DNA of 64,000 bases, taken from assembly GCA_964019335.1 (NCBI GenBank), contig OZ025655.1:62001-126000 (forward strand), written 5' to 3'. The notes under the pieces were generated by a model that was not told the origin of the DNA, did no database searches, and was given only the letters and a program-made list of their open reading frames with translations. A program made the translations under genes and the position numbers. The stretch is from Diplonema japonicum (Eukaryota; Protista; Euglenozoa: Diplonemea). Shown here piece after piece: positions 59,439 through 64,000 of this stretch (the stretch's first letter is position 1; each line of letters starts with the position of its first letter).

Positions 59439-61076
59439 TTATACAATTGTTGCAAAGGCAAATCGCCCCCTGTTAAGGTAGGCCACTCTTCCTAGATTTA
59501 CCCACCGCTTGGATTCGATCTCGTGTCTGAGAAGGAGGGACACCTTGATGGACTCACGGAGCTGCTTTGCGTAAGTGTCAGCCCATGAGCCCCGCTTGCC
59601 CTCCAGACCTCGCAAAGAGACGTTCATGGCCACGCGCCGTATGTTGTTCAGAACGTTCTCGAGATGTAGAGTAAGCTCCGTCCTGTTAAACAAGATAAAC
59701 CACTCCTTCTCCTTAACTGTCATTTGTCTGTAGACTGCCTTCCGCCTTCTTCTGTACTCAGTGATGACCTGGCTCAGAGTGTACCCTACTTCTGTGTTTA
59801 AGTCGTCTAAGATGTTTGCAGAATCCTTCTCAGTGACATCGCTCACCTCGTCCACGCTGACCGCCTTCAGTCTATCTTTCTCGACCTCATTACCCTTTTC
59901 TACCGTCACAACGCTCATCTGCTTCCCTCCCTCCCCGTCCATCACCTCTTCGGCATCCTTCTCAACTTCGTTCACTTGCGTCATCTTCGCAATATGTCCT
60001 TCTAGCCACCTCCGTGTTGCCATGACAGAAGGCAGAGCCACCGGTTGTGGTGCCGCCACGCTCGATGCCTTCCATCGTTCATTCAAAGCACCTCTACTGT
60101 ATGGCCTTACCTTTACATGTTTTGGGGCTTCTTTCTTCGACACCGCGATTGTATTAGCGCACGGCTGGTAAAACAAAGCTGGTTCAACCTTAACAGAATT
60201 GTTAGGCATGTTCATAGTGCGCATGTGCCTGTCCTTGAGAACCTCTTCCATGTCCTCGCCAGTGTTGCAAGACACAAATGCATCGATTGGCACGTGTGCT
60301 TCTCTCCACAAAAGTGTGATTAACTTCCTCCAATTGTCTACGGGGAGTGTCATCTTTGTGGACATAATCAGCATTCTTAACATGGCAGTCAGCGACGAAC
60401 ACGCACTTTTCAAAGCACCGCTTGTGATGCCGTACACAGCCTGCATGACCGAACGACCCATGCCCTCCTCTGCCTCGTCTGACGACCTCCGCCACTCTAA
60501 TCGCAGCAACTCTCGTACGTCGCTGTTGTCGCGTAACGTGCGTAAGCACTGCTCACCCAGTGAGCTTAGGACAGCTACCCCGTTCTCGTCAAGTCTGTTT
60601 CCATGCTCCCATTTGTTCTGTTTGTCCGGGTTGCAACCCTTCCACATGCGCTCTTTCTTAATGTTGTACTCTTGCTGTCTTTGCTTCTCGACGTCCTTTC
60701 CCGATGACAACGCGTCCTCGTACTTCTGCAGTAAACTATCTACCTGCCTGACTACCTCTTTGGGGGGTGGCGACGGATAACTGCTAGGCACTTCCACAGG
60801 TGTGGCCTCGGGGGCTGCAGGTGGCTTGGGCTGTAATGTCTTAGGCCTGCCAAGCACAGAACGTGCTGATGTCCTTCCCGAAGCGATCGCAGCGTCCATC
60901 TGTTTCATTGCCTCGGCGAAGGCTTTCTTCTGGATGGGGGTCACACACGGCCTGAGGTTGGCAGCTTGTGCCTTGCCAACAGGAGATGACATGCTTTGGG
61001 CGACCTTATCCACCGCTTCGCGAAAGCGTTCCCGGGCTCTGTCTGAGTGCTCATCGGGAAGGCATGAGGTATTCAT
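59439..61076 (-). CDS. Hypothetical protein (may be the 5' exon of the ART gene)
   Basis: 545-aa ORF; ATG follows CATCACAG. Confidence 0.65.
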   Translation of the reverse strand: MNTSCLPDEHSDRARERFREAVDKVAQSMSSPVGKAQAANLRPCVTPIQKKAFAEAMKQMDAAIASGRTSARSVLGRPKTLQPKPPAAPEATPVEVPSSYPSPPPKEVVRQVDSLLQKYEDALSSGKDVEKQRQQEYNIKKERMWKGCNPDKQNKWEHGNRLDENGVAVLSSLGEQCLRTLRDNSDVRELLRLEWRRSSDEAEEGMGRSVMQAVYGITSGALKSACSSLTAMLRMLIMSTKMTLPVDNWRKLITLLWREAHVPIDAFVSCNTGEDMEEVLKDRHMRTMNMPNNSVKVEPALFYQPCANTIAVSKKEAPKHVKVRPYSRGALNERWKASSVAAPQPVALPSVMATRRWLEGHIAKMTQVNEVEKDAEEVMDGEGGKQMSVVTVEKGNEVEKDRLKAVSVDEVSDVTEKDSANILDDLNTEVGYTLSQVITEYRRRRKAVYRQMTVKEKEWFILFNRTELTLHLENVLNNIRRVAMNVSLRGLEGKRGSWADTYAKQLRESIKVSLLLRHEIESKRWVNLGRVAYLNRGRFAFATIV

Positions 61077-61151
61077 GTTGTAACATCTGTGATGTGGTAG
61101 GCATAGCGCAAATCAAATTGAATAGGAACAAATCAACGACACCTGGGAACT

Positions 61152-61316
61152 CTATGTCATGAACATGAACGGCTGTGGCTTGCCCCCGTGGTGCTTCTGC
61201 GGCAGTCTCGCAACAATGGCTTTGAACAGGTCACCGTCCTTCACCTCTTTCGTACGTTTCATTTTCCTGGGACCCCCTTGAACACCTTCAGTCTGCGACA
61301 CCATGCGCGGGCCCAT
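61152..61316 (-). CDS. Small 54-aa basic ORF
   Basis: MGPRMVSQTEG...KPQPFMFMT*. Fills the gap with gene-like 93-nt and 75-nt spacers; below the ORF-track length cutoff. Confidence 0.4.
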   Translation of the reverse strand: MGPRMVSQTEGVQGGPRKMKRTKEVKDGDLFKAIVARLPQKHHGGKPQPFMFMT

Positions 61317-61409
61317 GTGTAATGTAAAGCTGTCTGATGCTGATATTAATGCTGCCGCAAACGGGAGTATTGACAGAAACTCAACTAAAATGTATTGCGA
61401 ATAGCAACC

Positions 61410-62671
61410 TTAAATCCATATTACTAAACTGAAGACGAGCCCAATCACAACCAACTGTGGTGTTTCTGCTTCCCTCTTTCCTTTAAATACAACATACCAG
61501 AAACACAATCATGCAATAACAGTAGCGTCTGCTGTGCTGGCCGAGGAACTGGGACTTAGAACTTTTGAATTTTAACTTTGTATCTTCGGCATCTGCGCCC
61601 GTTTCGACCCGGGCCTGGACACCCTCGTTGCCAACCTGTTTACTCTCATACATTTCAGCACCTGGGCGCACTAGCGAGTAGCCGTAAACCTATGAGTCAT
61701 GAAGACGGTCGAACCTTTTGACATACCCAGACTGATTCTCTGAACTGATCCGTGGCGTCTAGTTTTCTAATGTTTGTGGTCCGCCAGAAGTCGAAGTGGG
61801 CTTCCCAACCCTCTGGTTTCGCCGGAGGTCCCGGAGGGCTTTTATGCACAGTGCCTACGGACTGTGGTGAATTCTCGGAATCGTCATGAGGACAGTACGA
61901 CGGTGCCAGGGGTGACATGGGGGGGGAGACGGTGCCAGAGGCGACAGGATCATCAACCAACGACCCAGGTATGCCTGTTGCAGGAGTTAGTTCTGCAGCA
62001 AGAGACTTACCTGGAGACTCCGATTGATAAGCAGGACTCAGGCTAGCCATACCCACTTCGTGCTCAAGTGGGTTAAGTTTCTGTGCTCGCAACGGAGGTA
62101 GTCGCGCCACTGCAGGCAGAGGCGGCAGGCTTTCGACTGATAGTTCGAATGCTTCTTTCACAGGAGTAATATGCGCGTTGAGGGGCAGTGTCCACGCCAA
62201 CTTACCAGACTCCTTGTGACGGTACAAGAACCTGCCGTAGTGGCTGTTCCAGCATGTCAACCATCTGTCAAGATCAGCTGTCCGAGGGTGCACAGAGGTG
62301 GATGAAGAGGTGCTTGCGAGTGGGTTCAAGGTCCCTTCTGCAGGGGAACTCACGAATACTGGCTGTATAGATGGCGATTCAACTGGTCTACTTCCGACCG
62401 TCACAACAGGAGCAGTTCTGGCTGGAGGAACATCCTTTAATGTGGGGGCGATGTTAGAAAGCTGATCTTCCATCTGAGCCTGAACTGGCGGGCAAGGTAT
62501 TTGTTCAGGAATGGAAGGAGGGGTAGCTGGAGGGGTCGATGGTGGCGAGGGAAGGATGCCAATGTACTGCGCCTCTGTGGGTACTCTGTCTGTGGCACCC
62601 GACGACGACAAACCCGCGTCCTGGCAATCTGCTGTTCTTATGTTCGTTCCAGTGGCAGGCATGGCATTCAT
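61410..62671 (-). CDS. WW-domain, Pro-rich tail-anchored membrane protein
   Basis: WLTCWNSHYGRFLYRHKESGKLAWTLP (WW-like); two introns (about 61690-61726 and 61455-61497); C-terminal TM MIVFL|LVVIGLVFSLVIWI*. 5' end uncertain. Confidence 0.6.
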
Positions 62672-62902
62672 TACAGTACCTCCCAGTGAAACACTCAAGT
62701 TTCTGTGTCCTAATTGCACTTTTCACCGCATCTATAAATCTGCTTTTCTGATCCCCTCCGCGTGGATGTGCATAACCTAACGGGTGTAAGCAATCTCTTT
62801 TTTGAACTGAAAATTCAATATAAAAAAAAAAAAGACATTTAAGGGTACCCGTGGTATATGGCAGGACGCCTGGAAGAAATAAGAAAAAAATAAGATCTGC
62901 CA

Positions 62903-64000
62903 CTACTTCGCCGCATTCTCAGATGCTTCAATGTACGTGTGGAAAGCTGGATGGCACTCCCTTCGCCCGCTGATGAACTCTCGTATTTTCTCCGTCTCTC
63001 CAACATAACTGTAAATCTCGGCCATACGCAATTGTGTGACAACTGTCATATTCGGATTCATGATGAACGATGCCTGCTTAAAGGTGAACTCCGCCAGCTT
63101 GATCTCTTCCGCAGTAGGCTTTTGCCCAGTAAGCTTCGCCTTATTCGAGATGCACCGCAGAATGCTACCGTATGTTACGATACTGGGCTCGTGCCCTGCA
63201 TCTTTCATTGCCTTGTACCTGACCAGCACACGTGCGATGTCCCCCATTATGGCTTCCAGCTTGATCCCCACGTTGTGTGTAACGAGGTTCTTCTCGAAAG
63301 GAATTGTTTTCTCAAAATTGATGGCATCATTGTAATGGGAGTCCATCCGGTCTGCGGGAGCATTGCTGAGCTCCTTCAAAAAGACGAGGAAGATGTGGTT
63401 GTAGAACCGTAGTGTGGGTACTATCTTGAACCTCCTATCCGTCTGCAGACGGTCGAAGACGGATAAGGCACGCGATGCCGTTGTGCAGGCATCTATCAGC
63501 GCGAAACACACGCCCTCTGTGACGGGAACGCCTTCCCTGATCATTACCCTGAACACATCGAACGCTTCGCGTTCGCAGGTCAATCGTGAGAATGCGGATA
63601 TTGCTGATTGGTACATAGCGCTGGTCTGTTGGTACCCATCAGCCACCAACCTTGCGGTCACTCCCAGGACGCCCTTGATGTTGCCGTTGTTCGCGTAGCA
63701 CTTTGACAGCTGCTCGTACGACTGTAGCGACGGCACGTGCTTCTTCTTGAGTTTTGATAGACACAACTCTGCCTCCATTGGCGTCCCGAGAATTGCGTTC
63801 AGCATCAGTGAAAACGAATACGTTCTCCTCCCTACATCTTCGCCATCAGTCTCCCATTTTCTCAGCTGGCGCATCACCTCCTGCGCTGTTCTCGTCCTCT
63901 CTTTGAACCCCATCGCCCGTAGCCCATTCTTCTGCCGCGCGTTTATTACGTTGCGGAACCTCTTTTCCATCATTTGCGCCAGTGCCCTGTCGCCCACTAC
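62903..64000 (-). CDS. Pentatricopeptide repeat (PPR) protein, 5' part outside the window
   Basis: PSLQSYEQLSKCYANNG...; SAMYQSAISAF...AFDVFRVMIREGV; PSIVTYGSILRC. Confidence 0.8.
   Translation of the reverse strand, partial: VVGDRALAQMMEKRFRNVINARQKNGLRAMGFKERTRTAQEVMRQLRKWETDGEDVGRRTYSFSLMLNAILGTPMEAELCLSKLKKKHVPSLQSYEQLSKCYANNGNIKGVLGVTARLVADGYQQTSAMYQSAISAFSRLTCEREAFDVFRVMIREGVPVTEGVCFALIDACTTASRALSVFDRLQTDRRFKIVPTLRFYNHIFLVFLKELSNAPADRMDSHYNDAINFEKTIPFEKNLVTHNVGIKLEAIMGDIARVLVRYKAMKDAGHEPSIVTYGSILRCISNKAKLTGQKPTAEEIKLAEFTFKQASFIMNPNMTVVTQLRMAEIYSYVGETEKIREFISGRRECHPAFHTYIEASENAAK

Noticed and set aside
2984-62719. Apparent frameshifts, pseudogenes or programmed frameshifting
   Set aside because: Each break I examined is resolved by a small canonical GT-AG intron.
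2984-62905. GT overlapping or immediately following the stop codon in about 15 of 36 genes (spacers as cis-introns)
   Set aside because: Largely explained by TAG preference plus T-rich spacers; the donors do not match GTATG. Only the 59394-59444 case was kept as a finding.
3386-63698. Numerous long plus-strand ORFs (e.g. 4093-4812, 26917-27615, 34950-35831, 39864-40517, 52287-53195)
   Set aside because: They are antisense shadows of minus-strand genes with recognisable domains, and show no protein motifs of their own.
2984-64000. Stop-codon reassignment or Sec read-through
   Set aside because: All three stops end genes in my models (19 TAG, 11 TGA, 6 TAA), internal stops lie in introns, and the SelM-like active site uses TGC.
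1-64000. tRNA, rRNA, SL-RNA genes, transposons, non-canonical (euglenid-type) introns
   Set aside because: None recognised by eye. tRNAscan-SE, Infernal and RepeatModeler runs would be needed to exclude them formally.

Overview
Eukaryotic protist nuclear DNA, most consistent with a euglenozoan and probably a diplonemid. That assignment is my inference from gene organisation and content, not from a database search. I can reconstruct about 36 protein-coding genes, all on the minus strand, arranged head-to-tail as one uninterrupted directional (polycistron-like) cluster. Most apparent frameshifts in the ORF track are explained by more than 50 very small canonical GT-AG introns (about 31-45 nt), mostly with GTATG donors and A/C-rich (ACACAG/CCACAG/AACAG) acceptors. 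Many stop-to-next-ATG spacers are only 34-80 nt and end in the same acceptor motif, while a few genes have long U-rich spacers (0.75 to about 3 kb). Recognisable products: PH-AGC kinase, MKT1, Methyltransf_24-type methyltransferase, PT-repeat membrane protein, RING-H2 protein, alpha-SNAP-like protein, Cys-form SelM/Sep15 protein, kinesin, Use1-like SNARE, multi-UBL protein, Ntn-hydrolase (dcd1/acid ceramidase-like), a large multidomain RBR E3 ligase, NADAR, SHIPPO-repeat protein, endonuclease V, GT61, mitochondrial uL3, ALG6, a PDZ protein, a bacterial-type nucleotidyltransferase, an EF-hand/Arf-like GTPase fusion, an R-S-E ADP-ribosyltransferase and a PPR protein. I recognised no tRNA, rRNA, SL-RNA gene, CRISPR array or transposon. 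Start codons are best guesses and domain calls come from recognised motifs only.
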